Source: a virus (taxonomy: Duplodnaviria; Heunggongvirae; Uroviricota; Caudoviricetes). From it: a DNA stretch of 64,000 nt. Every line of letters starts with the position of its first letter. Positions within the stretch are counted from its first letter, which is position 1. The notes beneath the pieces were generated by a model. The model saw only the letters and a list, made by a program, of their open reading frames with translations, had not been told where the DNA came from and searched no databases. Both the position numbers and the translations under genes were made by a program. Shown piece by piece: positions 27,543-38,802 of this stretch. The stretch spans positions 189,413 to 253,412 of IMG/VR virus record IMGVR_UViG_3300014205_000001. One strand, 5' to 3'.

Positions 27543-28130
27543 ATGGATTGTTCAAAATTTACATACGATTTCAAAAAATACGAACTAGTGTACGGTAAAA
27601 ATCTAAATGCAGGAGAAGCGTATGTCACCTTCATTGGTATTGTAACTAAATGTACAGAAGATAGAGTTGCATTATCAATTGTGTGGTGTGAACATATTGA
27701 AAGGATGGGTTGTAAACCTTGGTTTGTTGGGATGGAGATTGAATATTACACAAAAAAATCTTATTGTTGGAACAACTTACAATTTTATTCAAATGTAAGA
27801 CGCATCGGTGACGCTTCTTTCCCGTATGATATTCCGGGACATTATCCAGCTGGTGGTGTTTGCTTTGAAAGTGGTCGTGCACAATTTGAAAGTGCGAAAG
27901 AAAGAGGTAAAATTGCAAGTAGAAAACAATTTATTGATCTTCTTGATTACGTAAAAGAAAATGTGGAAAATGGAACTTTCCCGTTTATTAGCGATGCTAT
28001 AATTTCTTTTTATAAAACTTTTGGTTGGAGTGACTATGGTAATATGTTTATACAAGGTGTACATGCAGACGGAAGAGAATGGCGTGATAAAAATATCACC
28101 AAATTCGCACAACCTTTAATATTCATATAA
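27543..28130 (+). CDS. Hypothetical protein
   Basis: 195-aa ORF in the co-oriented block. Confidence 0.5.
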   Translation: MDCSKFTYDFKKYELVYGKNLNAGEAYVTFIGIVTKCTEDRVALSIVWCEHIERMGCKPWFVGMEIEYYTKKSYCWNNLQFYSNVRRIGDASFPYDIPGHYPAGGVCFESGRAQFESAKERGKIASRKQFIDLLDYVKENVENGTFPFISDAIISFYKTFGWSDYGNMFIQGVHADGREWRDKNITKFAQPLIFI

Positions 28131-28649
28131 ATGACAAAATCAAGATTTAACCGATTTACTCCTGAACAAAAAGAAGAATTTAAACGGGAAAGAGAAAGAA
28201 GAAGAAAATTGCTTACTTTACCTTATCAATTAGGTTATTATGTAGGTGAACAAATTATAGACGATTATTTGGTTACTTTAAGTTGTGATGAAATACAAAC
28301 ACGTAAAACAATTTCTGTTACAATCGCCGAAGGTGACGAATATCGCCGATTAAACGATGTTTGGTTCAGTAATCATTTTAATACTAAAGACAGTGGTGCA
28401 GATTCGCCTGAATGGAAAGCTGTAAGAGCACATCACAAACTTTTGGAGGATAAATACATACCTGATACTCTTGAATGTCATTTCTCAGTCTTAAACATCG
28501 AAGATAAGGATATGGAAGAATTTAAAAAAGGTGTAGGTGTTTCATTATGGGACTGCGACTGTTCATATTACGGCACTAAACCTGAAGACATTGATGTCAA
28601 AATCGACGAACATCAGTGGTTTACAATCATTACATTGAAAAAAGCGTAA
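28131..28649 (+). CDS. Hypothetical protein
   Basis: 172-aa ORF abutting the previous stop codon. Confidence 0.5.
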   Translation: MTKSRFNRFTPEQKEEFKRERERRRKLLTLPYQLGYYVGEQIIDDYLVTLSCDEIQTRKTISVTIAEGDEYRRLNDVWFSNHFNTKDSGADSPEWKAVRAHHKLLEDKYIPDTLECHFSVLNIEDKDMEEFKKGVGVSLWDCDCSYYGTKPEDIDVKIDEHQWFTIITLKKA

Positions 28650-29116
28650 GATTATATCTAATATATAATTTTATGATTACAACTATTTCTGCATTTTCAC
28701 GTATTAATGAAATACGTTTACCGAATGGTTATTTTGCAGTTCAAGATACTTTTATGTTACCCTTAAAAGCTGAAGGTGAAGTAGATTCTGCATCCTCAGT
28801 ATTTAATAAGGGTTCAATCATTGAAATTAACGTATCTGAAAAGTATATCAAAAAATGGTCAAAAACTATTGCTGATACAGCTTCACGATCTGAATGGAAA
28901 TTTACACAATATCCTTGGGTTGATTTAACCAATTCTGCAGTATATCCTGAATTTAAAAAGAATGTAATGAAATTAGAACCTGAAGAGGTTCCTGATTTCT
29001 ATAAAACTGGCAAAGATTTAGCAAAAACATTTACAACTTCTTATAAGTATTTAAATAAAAAATTGGGTGAATATCAATTATCACCTGACACAAAAATCAA
29101 AATAGTTATTCTTTAA
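28616..29116 (+). CDS. Hypothetical protein
   Basis: ORF; start probably at the internal MITT. Confidence 0.5.
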   Translation: MVYNHYIEKSVRLYLIYNFMITTISAFSRINEIRLPNGYFAVQDTFMLPLKAEGEVDSASSVFNKGSIIEINVSEKYIKKWSKTIADTASRSEWKFTQYPWVDLTNSAVYPEFKKNVMKLEPEEVPDFYKTGKDLAKTFTTSYKYLNKKLGEYQLSPDTKIKIVIL

Positions 29117-29424
29117 AAATGAACAGAATCATCCTTCGCACAGTAGCAGAGTTTAAAGCGTATTGCAATTCGTTGAATATCACTCCGCACATTCAATTAC
29201 AACCTAAAAAACATCAAAATATGCGAGGTGAATATTTACACCAAATTAACGCGAAGCATGACATTTTTGATATTCTAATTGATGAACCTGTTGCTTATAA
29301 AGAAAAGCGTCAACCTTTAGAAGAAGGTTATAAATTATCTGAAATTTAATCTAAGTCACTGATCTAATCATCATTTTTAGTTTACAATTATATTGTTTAT
29401 ATTTATAGTATTAAAATTATAAAT

Positions 29425-30042
29425 ATGAAAAACATGATTATTAATTCAATTCAGTTTCCTGTATTCACAGGAATTAAATGTAACATGATGCCTTTTATAC
29501 AAGGTGACAGTTCATCCGTACCTGAAATTTACAAACCTTATGCAAAAATTATCAACGATAATTTTTTAGAAAAAGGTGAACTTGGTTTTCTTACTATCCA
29601 TGAAGCATTTGTAGAAAGTGGAAAATCACAACGAGGTTTTAACGACAGAGGTATTAACAGAAATGTACATATTGAAGTTGGAAGAAACGAAAAAGAAAAT
29701 TATTGGGGTGGAGGTGGAAGTTCCTGGGGAGGCCGTTTAAAAACTTTACTTGATGATAATACAATGGCTTTAATAGCTAACAGTATGTCAGATACTTGTA
29801 GATTGTGGAACACTAAAGAAATGAGGTATACACAAAACGGTGATTTAAGTCAATATATTAACGAATATCCTGAACAAACAGGTATATTAATGAAAGCCGG
29901 TGAAGTTGCAAAAATTAGTATTTTTACACCACACGAATGTATTAATCAACAACAATCAGGACAACGACAATTTTTCAGAGTAATTGGAAAAGGTGTTACT
30001 GGTCGTGAAGATTACTTCACAAAAAATCCTTTAATCAATTAA
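29425..30042 (+). CDS. Hypothetical protein
   Basis: 205-aa ORF behind a TATATTTATAG promoter-like box. Confidence 0.55.
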   Translation: MKNMIINSIQFPVFTGIKCNMMPFIQGDSSSVPEIYKPYAKIINDNFLEKGELGFLTIHEAFVESGKSQRGFNDRGINRNVHIEVGRNEKENYWGGGGSSWGGRLKTLLDDNTMALIANSMSDTCRLWNTKEMRYTQNGDLSQYINEYPEQTGILMKAGEVAKISIFTPHECINQQQSGQRQFFRVIGKGVTGREDYFTKNPLIN

Positions 30043-30044
30043 AA

Positions 30045-30452
30045 ATGAAAAAGAAAATTGTCAAGTTTATTTGGGTATTATTTGCTGTACTTGTAATTTC
30101 AGCGCTTGTTAATTACAATGTCAAAACATTTAAAGAAGATGTTACAGTAACGTGTGTGAATAAATATCGTCCATTTCGTGAACACAAAGGTCAAACTTAT
30201 TATGGAGGTGATTATAATTTAATTATTAAACATCCATTATATGGTTATGGTGATATTCGTGTGGATGTAAATACTTATGAAAATCACAAAGTAAATGATA
30301 AATTGATATTTAGTTGGTCACAATCTGATTTAAATAGACATTTCAATAATTATCCTGATCGTGAATGGTTATTACAATTAGAAAAAATAATGCTTTTATC
30401 TTTTGCATTATTGATAATGTGTGTAATATTATCCTTTATTTTGTTACTTTAA
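30045..30452 (+). CDS. Membrane protein, paralog of 54014-54442
   Basis: N- and C-terminal hydrophobic helices; YGYGDIRVDVNTYENH versus YGYAHLSVDDITYNNH. Confidence 0.6.
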   Translation: MKKKIVKFIWVLFAVLVISALVNYNVKTFKEDVTVTCVNKYRPFREHKGQTYYGGDYNLIIKHPLYGYGDIRVDVNTYENHKVNDKLIFSWSQSDLNRHFNNYPDREWLLQLEKIMLLSFALLIMCVILSFILLL

Positions 30453-30820
30453 TTATTAGGCGAATTAGACGCCTTTTCGACATGATCTTTGTCGATAAAA
30501 TTTAATATTGCTGCAACTCCTGTGCCTAATTTGGTTAAAGTATTTGCAGCTTTATTTTTGCCTAAAACTGAAGAAATAGTTTCATCTGTATTACCAAATT
30601 TATGTTGTGAGTCTTTTGTAATTAAGACATCATTGAACAAATACTGACCTAATACATTACCATATTGATCTTGACCTATGGCTAATTGGGTATACCACAA
30701 TGAAAATTCAAATCGTCTGATCGATTGTACTATACCGTAAGGCCATAATACAACCGATAGACAAATTTTAAGTACAATGGCTGTGAGCCATAAAATTAGA
30801 CCTGAGAAATATTTAAACAT
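30449..30820 (-). CDS. Small membrane-associated phage protein
   Basis: Hydrophobic N-terminus; DQYGNV...FGNTDETISSVLGK. Confidence 0.55.
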   Translation of the reverse strand: MFKYFSGLILWLTAIVLKICLSVVLWPYGIVQSIRRFEFSLWYTQLAIGQDQYGNVLGQYLFNDVLITKDSQHKFGNTDETISSVLGKNKAANTLTKLGTGVAAILNFIDKDHVEKASNSPNN

Positions 30821-30823
30821 TAA

Positions 30824-33800
30824 TTAATAACCTGCTTTTTTCAAAGCCTGTTCTAATTCAGATAAATCACTAATCCAAATGTCGCCAGGCTTTAATGATT
30901 TATATATCTTGTATTCGTCTTTTAAATCTTTCACAAGTTGCTTAATTTCTTCATATTTTTCTTTTGTGAAGTGATAAATAGGAATGTTAAGTAAATAATC
31001 GAAACTGTCGTTCATTTTAGCAAATTCCATGTCAATTAAATCTTTAACGACAGCATCTTTTTTACGATTGTTAACTACGACGTCGCCTTCAATTACAAAT
31101 TTAATGAAAGTTAAGATGTAGTTGTTTTTAGTTACTTTATCTTCTAATGATTTTAACCATGCTGCTTTTCTTTTGTCGTAATATTCTAAACGAATATCGA
31201 ACCAAGTATTTAAAAGTTGTTCGGCTGATTCCCATTTAACAATTTTAGTTCCTATGAATGAGTGCATATTGTTCATTGAAATAGAACTACTTAATTTTAA
31301 TAACGATTCAATTTCTGTAGATTTTGTATCATCTTGTAAGATTACTTCGATGTGAATATCGTTGTCAGTTGAATTATCAATATAATTTCTGATTTTCTTT
31401 TCATCACATAAACGATCTAAGAAAATCACATAAGCTTCTGTCCAAACATCAATAGGAAGTTCAGTAATCAAAATACCTTTTTTACTATTTTGATAAACAC
31501 CTTTACTGATGTAAGCATTTTTTTCACTGTTAAATTCAATTTCACCTTTGAACTTATTATAGTCAGGATGAATTTTATATTTTAAATCAGATTTTTCAAT
31601 TTTCTTTTTAATTACTTTAATTAAATCCATCGGACTAAATTTAGGAACGGAAGTTGACCAACCTGTACCGATACCTTCAACACCATTTAATAATATTGTT
31701 GGTATAATAGGTAAATAAAATTCAGGTTCAATATAAGTATCTTCAAATTTATTCCAATTTAAAATACTTTCATCTTCTTTACGAAATACGAATTTAGTTA
31801 AGGGATTTAAAAATGTATGAATATAACGTGAAGCAGCTGAAGCGTTTGGATTTAAACGATTTGCGAAGTTACCTTGTGGCCATAAAAAATTAATATTATT
31901 AGTACCTACAAAATCTTGAGCCATACCCACAATAGCACCTTCCATACTTGCACCACCATGCATGTAATGTGTGTGATTACCTACATACGAAGCGAATTGT
32001 TCTACTTTCATTTCTTCCTTTTCTGTTGTACCTAATGTTTTAAAAGCACCAAACATAATTTTACGTTGAGTAGGTTTAAAACCGTCAATAGTATTGGGTA
32101 AGGAACGAATATTATCGTAGTTACTATATTGAATATGTTCGTTATCAATGAAATCGTTAATGTGATTATCTTTACCAAATTTGTTAGGAATAACTTCACC
32201 TTTGTAAGTTAATAACCAATCTTTACGATCTTGTACACGATCTTTTTTGAATAACATGTCAATTTTATCATTGTCGCGTTTAGGTAAATAATCAAAACGG
32301 ATAAGATGACGATCTAATTTACTGAAAAATGTTTTCATTAATTCAGCAGTAATAGTACCTAAACCTTTATAGTATTTAGCGTACCAACCATCAATTTTAC
32401 CTTTTTCTTTATCTTGTTCGTATTGTAAAAGATCATAATATTCTTTTGCTTCTTTACCTTTTTTAGCAATAATAATTGGTGTTACAAATTCATAACAAAA
32501 ACCTAATTCTAATAATTCAGGCCAGAATTGATGAATCATATTGATTAATAATCCTTTAATATTAGTACCGTCAGCATCAGCGTCAGTCATAAAAATAACT
32601 TTACCATAACGTAATTCTGCAACCGAAGTATATTTTTTGCCAGGTACAAGACCTACAATTTGAAAGATTTTTTGAATTTCTTCGTTTTCAGTAATTTTAC
32701 TAATTTTTGCATCACGTACATTTAATGGTTTTCCACGTAAAGGGAATACACCATAATAATCACGACCTACAACACTTAATCCTGTTACTGTACTACCTTT
32801 TGCAGAATCCCCTTCGGCTAAGAATAAAGCGCATTTAAACCCTTCACTAGTTCCTGCTTTGTGTGCGTCAACTAATTTATCAATACGTAAAGTTTTACCT
32901 GCTGCTTTTTTATTAAGCTTGTTTAATTCCATTTGTTCTTTCATCTGAACCCAAGCTAAAATGTTTTCGATGATTTGTGACTTCATTAATTTTTTGTATA
33001 ATCCATCACTTAATTCAAATGAATCTTCAATTTTCAAACTCATGTTTTCTTTGGTTTGAGAATCAAAACTTGGATTAGCAATTTTTGATACAAGAAACAA
33101 GTGAAACTTGTTCTTTATATCACTTGAACGAATTTTAATACCTTTGTTACCACGTGTAAGATCAGCTGTAAGACGTTTAATAATTTGATTCATGACATAA
33201 TCAACATGAGTACCCCCTTGCCATGTTGTATTACCGTTAACAATACTACAATGATCAAAATTTTCACCTTTGGATTCGGCTAAAGCAATTTGCCATTTGT
33301 CATTGATATTTTCAACAAATAATTCATCTTCAGGATTTAAGTGCATGGTTGCCCAGTCTTTGATATTGTCGATTTGAATTAATTTATCATTAAAAAATAC
33401 TTTTACTTTAGGATTATATACTGCAACGTCAATAACACGTTTTAAAAATATTTTTAAAGTTGCTTCTTCTAATCCTACAATTGGTAAACGATTAAAATCA
33501 GGTGTATATGTTACTGATGTATAAGATTTGGAACTGCTTTTAATTTTAGGTGTACTACGTTTTTGTAAATTTTCACATAATTCTTGATAATATGAATTAG
33601 TACCGTCAGCACAATCAATAATAAATTTACTACTAAAGAGTGACACTAAACTAGAACCCAAACCGTTACGACCTGCACCATATCTTTGTTCTGTATCATC
33701 ATAATTGGAACCTGAATTTAAATGTCCTAATAACATTTCAGGTAACCACATATTATGTTCTTTGTGTTTTACTACTGGAATACCTTTACCATCGTTCCAT

Positions 33801-34099
33801 ACATTGATAGTAAAATCTTTATCTACTGTAACTTTAATATTTTTTACACCACCACCACGATGATAATGATCAGATGCGTTGGTTAAAATTTCATCAAATA
33901 ATTTGATGAATGCTGGTTTGTATGTTAAAAGCTGTTTAACAATTTTGATATTATCTAAATCATTAATGTCTTTAACTGCCCAAATTGCTTTTTCTTGCTC
34001 GATGATAGAACCTAAATTAGTATCGGGTCGAAGCAATATTTGTTCTTCCTGTGTTAACTTCTGATATTCTTCTTCAATGCTTTTTACTTTTGTTGTCAT
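30824..34099 (-). CDS. Type IIA DNA topoisomerase, single polypeptide (ATPase + TOPRIM + breakage/reunion)
   Basis: FDEILTNASD, GRNGLG, AEGDSAKG, PLRGKPLN, MTDADADG, YKGLGT, DGFKPTQRK, ASRY (catalytic Tyr). Confidence 0.95.
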   Translation of the reverse strand: MTTKVKSIEEEYQKLTQEEQILLRPDTNLGSIIEQEKAIWAVKDINDLDNIKIVKQLLTYKPAFIKLFDEILTNASDHYHRGGGVKNIKVTVDKDFTINVWNDGKGIPVVKHKEHNMWLPEMLLGHLNSGSNYDDTEQRYGAGRNGLGSSLVSLFSSKFIIDCADGTNSYYQELCENLQKRSTPKIKSSSKSYTSVTYTPDFNRLPIVGLEEATLKIFLKRVIDVAVYNPKVKVFFNDKLIQIDNIKDWATMHLNPEDELFVENINDKWQIALAESKGENFDHCSIVNGNTTWQGGTHVDYVMNQIIKRLTADLTRGNKGIKIRSSDIKNKFHLFLVSKIANPSFDSQTKENMSLKIEDSFELSDGLYKKLMKSQIIENILAWVQMKEQMELNKLNKKAAGKTLRIDKLVDAHKAGTSEGFKCALFLAEGDSAKGSTVTGLSVVGRDYYGVFPLRGKPLNVRDAKISKITENEEIQKIFQIVGLVPGKKYTSVAELRYGKVIFMTDADADGTNIKGLLINMIHQFWPELLELGFCYEFVTPIIIAKKGKEAKEYYDLLQYEQDKEKGKIDGWYAKYYKGLGTITAELMKTFFSKLDRHLIRFDYLPKRDNDKIDMLFKKDRVQDRKDWLLTYKGEVIPNKFGKDNHINDFIDNEHIQYSNYDNIRSLPNTIDGFKPTQRKIMFGAFKTLGTTEKEEMKVEQFASYVGNHTHYMHGGASMEGAIVGMAQDFVGTNNINFLWPQGNFANRLNPNASAASRYIHTFLNPLTKFVFRKEDESILNWNKFEDTYIEPEFYLPIIPTILLNGVEGIGTGWSTSVPKFSPMDLIKVIKKKIEKSDLKYKIHPDYNKFKGEIEFNSEKNAYISKGVYQNSKKGILITELPIDVWTEAYVIFLDRLCDEKKIRNYIDNSTDNDIHIEVILQDDTKSTEIESLLKLSSSISMNNMHSFIGTKIVKWESAEQLLNTWFDIRLEYYDKRKAAWLKSLEDKVTKNNYILTFIKFVIEGDVVVNNRKKDAVVKDLIDMEFAKMNDSFDYLLNIPIYHFTKEKYEEIKQLVKDLKDEYKIYKSLKPGDIWISDLSELEQALKKAGY

Positions 34100-34349
34100 A
34101 ATTGCTTGTAATTGCTTTTTATTTCTAAGTTTATATATGTAACATTATTTTTTGTTTTATACAACTTATTCATTATATGAAAGTTGCATCAATTTGTTTA
34201 ATCAATATTATATAATAATTAAAGTACTTTGTTTAAAAAATTAAAGAAAGTTTTTGGGACAGATATGATATAATTTAAAATTATAAAAATAAAAATACGA
34301 CTTAAACTAAATTATAAATATAGTATAGAATAGAAAACAATAACAAATT

Positions 34350-34619
34350 ATGAACGAACTTAGCAATTGTGCTATTATTACAGCTTTTTATCGAGACAAA
34401 ACTTACAGAACATTACCAATTGATTTAGGTAGTCAAAGTAATATTCAAATGATTATGGATATTTCTGAAAATGGTTCCAATCATTTACAGAGTTTAAAAA
34501 TCCCTTTAACAAATAATAAATTTATTGTTCTATCAAAAGCACAATTAAATGAAACTATTTTAGAAATTGAAATTTTTGGTGAAAAAAGACCCTCACCGAC
34601 TAACACTGATATAGCGTAA
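34350..34619 (+). CDS. Hypothetical protein
   Basis: First gene of the plus-strand block after a divergent AT-rich intergenic region. Confidence 0.5.
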   Translation: MNELSNCAIITAFYRDKTYRTLPIDLGSQSNIQMIMDISENGSNHLQSLKIPLTNNKFIVLSKAQLNETILEIEIFGEKRPSPTNTDIA

Positions 34620-34620
34620 T

Positions 34621-35049
34621 ATGTTTGAAGGCGAAATGATTAAACGAAATAGCCAATTCTGTAAAGGTAAACAGGTTGGTGTGCATGGACGAATGTTTGG
34701 TGCAGATTTAATGGAAGAACTTGATTCAGTATGTGCAGTATTTGCTGCTGAAGTTGTAGATACTCCGTGGATTGTTACAAAAGTAATGAATATTGAATTT
34801 GCTGCACCTATCATGCCCAATCAAATTTATTGTACTTATGTAAGTGTTGTGCATATTGGTAATAAATCAATTAAATTGTACGCTGAAATACGTAAGTATT
34901 CAGTACAAACACAAAAAGAAACTGTTTGTGTAAAAGCAAATGCAGTATTTGTACGTATTAATGAAGATGGCGATGCTGTACGTATTTCAGATAACGCAAG
35001 AAATAAATTTAATAAAAAATTAACTGAGGAAACTGTACATGGAAACTAA
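34621..35049 (+). CDS. HotDog-fold acyl-CoA thioesterase (YciA-like)
   Basis: GVHGRMFGADLMEELD, IEFAAPI, IGNKSI, VFVRIN. Confidence 0.8.
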   Translation: MFEGEMIKRNSQFCKGKQVGVHGRMFGADLMEELDSVCAVFAAEVVDTPWIVTKVMNIEFAAPIMPNQIYCTYVSVVHIGNKSIKLYAEIRKYSVQTQKETVCVKANAVFVRINEDGDAVRISDNARNKFNKKLTEETVHGN

Positions 35050-36226
35050 TATAAGCCACTGCGATTTTAATGAAAATGATATTAAACCAATGGAATTTGC
35101 AATGTCTCATTTTGAGACAATTCCATCTGTATTTACTATTCATAGTGTAATTATGAATGAAAAAGTTTACGAATCTTTTTTAACAAAATTCAATGGCAAA
35201 ATTCGTAGAGAATTTGATACATCTGAAACAGAAATGTTTGAAATTTTAGATCAAACTAAAATTTTAAATGATCGTTTTGTAGCAGCTGTCAATGTTAAAC
35301 CAGATTTTTATGAAAATTTTGATGCTACTTTAGGTACAGTAGTATTATCTGTAACAATGACTGATGATACATTTAAATATGTTATCAACACCAAAAAACC
35401 TAAACTACGTTGCAGATTTACTGTTTATTATACTGATCAAAAGTTATTAAACGAATTTGTTTTATTGCTTAAAGATGTTTTTACACCTGATAAAGATAAA
35501 GCTATTGATAATAACAGTTATATTTCTTTAGTAATTAAACGGCCCAATGGTTCATTAGATACTTCGGATTTTGAAATTAAAAATCCTAAAATAAATATTC
35601 CATTATCTTATGGTGAAGAATTTGAAGCGATTGATAAAAATATATTTACGTCATTAACAAAATCAGATAAAGGTTTATGGATATTTCATGGTCCTCCTGG
35701 CACAGGTAAATCAATGTATATTCGTAATGTAATTAAAAAATTAAACAAATCAGGTAAAGTTGGTAGTGTTATTTACATGCCAAGTGAAATGGTTGGTTCA
35801 ATTGAATCGCCTGAATTTATACCCTTCATTCAAGATTATCAAGATAGTGTTTTAGTAATTGAAGATGGTGATATCGCATTAGAGTCAAGAAAAAATCATG
35901 GTTCAATTGTAAAAACAATTTTACAATTAACAGATGGTATTCTTGCAGATTGTTTACGATTAAAAATTATTGTTACTTTTAATTGTGAATTATCAAAAAT
36001 CGATGAAGCATTATTACGTAAAGGGCGTTTACAAATTCGACATGAATTTAGATATTTAAATCGTACAGAAGCAATGAAATTGGCTGAAAGTCTTAAAATC
36101 GATGTGAAAATATTTGATACAGAAGAATATAGTAATAAAAAAGAATGGACATTAGCAGAAATTTATAATATACATACTGATTTTTATTGGGATAAAAAAC
36201 AAAAGAAATTAGGTTTTGGTAAATAA
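35039..36226 (+). CDS. AAA+ ATPase
   Basis: HGPPGTGKS (Walker A), LVIEDGD (Walker B), TFN, IDEALLRKGRL (second region of homology). Confidence 0.9.
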   Translation: METNISHCDFNENDIKPMEFAMSHFETIPSVFTIHSVIMNEKVYESFLTKFNGKIRREFDTSETEMFEILDQTKILNDRFVAAVNVKPDFYENFDATLGTVVLSVTMTDDTFKYVINTKKPKLRCRFTVYYTDQKLLNEFVLLLKDVFTPDKDKAIDNNSYISLVIKRPNGSLDTSDFEIKNPKINIPLSYGEEFEAIDKNIFTSLTKSDKGLWIFHGPPGTGKSMYIRNVIKKLNKSGKVGSVIYMPSEMVGSIESPEFIPFIQDYQDSVLVIEDGDIALESRKNHGSIVKTILQLTDGILADCLRLKIIVTFNCELSKIDEALLRKGRLQIRHEFRYLNRTEAMKLAESLKIDVKIFDTEEYSNKKEWTLAEIYNIHTDFYWDKKQKKLGFGK

Positions 36227-36755
36227 TGTCAGACATAGACATGGAAATGGTTGATATATATTTGGAAGCTTTTGATATGTTTGTCAATAATGTTATTTGC
36301 AGACACGAGCTCAATCAAGAACAAGCTGATAGGATTTTCAGAACGAAGATAGTAAATATTTTTGGTAGAAATCATCCTTTCAATTCGGATTTGATAACAG
36401 AAATGATACATTATAACAATAACGAGTTAACAACTGAGCAGTTTGGTGAGTACTTAAAAATTAAGAAAGCTGAATTTAAGGAGTTAATAATCGATACTGT
36501 TATAAATAAAAATAAAAATATATCATTTTATGAAAATCAAAGAAGTAAACCCAAATCATCAAATCATTCAATTAACAGCATCTGATGTTGAATCAGCAAT
36601 TCGTCAATTTATTTGCACTTGTCACCCTCAATTTGCAAAAGGATTTGTAGTAAATCCTTTATACGATAAAGATATTAAATCGACTGAAATGTACATCAAT
36701 ACAACTTACGAGGCATTTACTGATAAGTCAAAACGGTTTAAATAATATATAAATC

Positions 36756-37442
36756 ATGCGTATCTTACAACCGTATGATTTAAATGTAATAACTATTGAC
36801 CAGTTATTAGAACAGAATAAAATATTGCCGATTCAAGGCAATAAAATCTGGAGCTGTTCTATATTTCCACTTTCCAAAACAGTTTCATCGTTGGAATTTT
36901 TTGATAAAGATCATCAAATTACTTTAATCGACGATGAACTGTTTACAGGATATACAGTTTTAGACAAAACACAACAAACATTATTAATAAATAACGGCAC
37001 AGGTCGTAAATTAGTCAAAACTACTGAATTTGGTACGTTTGAAGATTCAATTAAACGTTATAATCAATTAGACAAACCTGTCGATTATAGTGAAGATGCT
37101 CAAACATTTTTAAATATACCTCAATATGATGTTACTTTAGTAAATCAATTAAATGTTAATACAACTGAATTAATACATCGTCCTACTGGGTTAGAAGATT
37201 TCTTACCTAAGAAACGTTTAGGTATATTTGACACACCAATTAATCATCCACATATTACTCAACCCACATCAAAAAAAATACCTTTCAAAAATAATGATAA
37301 AAAAATTATTTTAGAAGTATTAAAGTGGGGTCTTACAAAAGGTATCAAATATATTTATTGTATTAATGAATATCGTCCGTATCTAATCAATCAATCGTAC
37401 GCATCTCCTTTTGTGTATTACACAATCAGAGGAAGTCTTTAA
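36756..37442 (+). CDS. Hypothetical protein
   Basis: 228-aa ORF. Confidence 0.5.
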   Translation: MRILQPYDLNVITIDQLLEQNKILPIQGNKIWSCSIFPLSKTVSSLEFFDKDHQITLIDDELFTGYTVLDKTQQTLLINNGTGRKLVKTTEFGTFEDSIKRYNQLDKPVDYSEDAQTFLNIPQYDVTLVNQLNVNTTELIHRPTGLEDFLPKKRLGIFDTPINHPHITQPTSKKIPFKNNDKKIILEVLKWGLTKGIKYIYCINEYRPYLINQSYASPFVYYTIRGSL

Positions 37443-37472
37443 ACTTTTTAACGAATTATTCATAAAAACAAT

Positions 37473-38036
37473 ATGAATAATATAATAATAGGAATCTCAG
37501 GCAAGATAGGGTCGGGCAAGGACACCGTAGCTCACTTTATCAAACAACACGATCAAAGCTTTCAATCGAAAGCATTTGCTTACAAATTGAAAAAAATAGT
37601 ATCTTTATTAGCAGGTTGCGATTTTGAGTTAACACTAACTCAAGAAGGTAAAAATGTCTACATTGAACAATTCGGTAAAACGATTGGTGAAATGTTACAA
37701 GGTGTAGGAACCGGTGCATTACGTGATAATTTTGATAAGAACGTGTGGATAAATGGTTTATTTACTGATCTTAAAAATGGCAATTACGTAATCACTGACG
37801 TACGTTTTAAAAATGAGGCAGATGCTTTAAAAGCAAAAGGCGCATTTTTAGTACGTGTAAATCGTCCAATCAATCCTATTGCAGAAAATAGTGGTCGTGA
37901 TTTAACTCACGCGTCAGAAACAGATTTAGATGATTATGAAGGTTTTGATGCTATTATTGACAATAAAGGTACATTAGATGATCTGGAATATGCAGTTGTT
38001 AAGTTGCTGGAACGTTTATCGAAGACAGCAAATTAA
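37473..38036 (+). CDS. Deoxynucleoside monophosphate kinase (T4 gp1-like)
   Basis: GISGKIGSGKDT, AFAYKLK, VITDVRFKNE, HASE. Confidence 0.88.
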   Translation: MNNIIIGISGKIGSGKDTVAHFIKQHDQSFQSKAFAYKLKKIVSLLAGCDFELTLTQEGKNVYIEQFGKTIGEMLQGVGTGALRDNFDKNVWINGLFTDLKNGNYVITDVRFKNEADALKAKGAFLVRVNRPINPIAENSGRDLTHASETDLDDYEGFDAIIDNKGTLDDLEYAVVKLLERLSKTAN

Positions 38037-38046
38037 TATATAATAC

Positions 38047-38769
38047 ATGGAATTAGCATCTTGGTTACAAAATAATACAAACAATTTCCCAATCTTAGGT
38101 GCAGAAAGTTTTGCAACTTTCATTAAAGTCTGTGAAGAATTTTCTGAATGGGCTTTAGATGATATTGGTTTAGCTAACCGTTCAAATTCATACAAGATTT
38201 GGACATGTTGGGTAAAACCTGAACAAATTACTTCTGTCAAAGATGTATTGGGACGTTATACTTCATTAAAATTATTAGCACATTACTACGACATTAATAT
38301 TGTTGAAAAAAATAAAGTAGGTTTATATGTACGTTTAGATTGGGAACAAAATAAATGGAATATGAGTTATGGAATTACTAACAACAAAAAACTTTTTAAA
38401 GTAGGTGAGTTTGAATATAATATTAATGTAAAATTACCTGAATCAAGAATTTTAAAATATGTATTAGATGAAATTGAAGATTTTAATCCTCGTGAACATT
38501 TAATTCTTTTTAATATCAAACAAGATTTTATTATGTTCAATCCTGGTTATTGTAAAAGAAGTGATCCGCAAATTATTGACAAAGAAGTAATTATTTCGTG
38601 TTATGAATTAGGTCAATGGACAGATTCAGGTATTGCAAAAGGTGAAGCACAGAAATATTTAGATATATTTAAGCAATGGGTCAAGACACAAAAATGGTGG
38701 TCAACAGTTCATTTAATAGTACGACCCAAACGTGATAAATGGATGGATTTTGTACTTAAGTTAAAGTAA
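38047..38769 (+). CDS. Hypothetical protein
   Basis: 240-aa ORF ending at a terminator. Confidence 0.55.
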   Translation: MELASWLQNNTNNFPILGAESFATFIKVCEEFSEWALDDIGLANRSNSYKIWTCWVKPEQITSVKDVLGRYTSLKLLAHYYDINIVEKNKVGLYVRLDWEQNKWNMSYGITNNKKLFKVGEFEYNINVKLPESRILKYVLDEIEDFNPREHLILFNIKQDFIMFNPGYCKRSDPQIIDKEVIISCYELGQWTDSGIAKGEAQKYLDIFKQWVKTQKWWSTVHLIVRPKRDKWMDFVLKLK

Positions 38770-38777
38770 ATAATTTT

Positions 38778-38802
38778 AAAACCCTGATTTAGTCAGGGTT
38801 TT
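38778..38802. terminator. Intrinsic terminator
   Basis: AAAA-CCCTGA-TTTAG-TCAGGG-TTTT. Confidence 0.8.
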
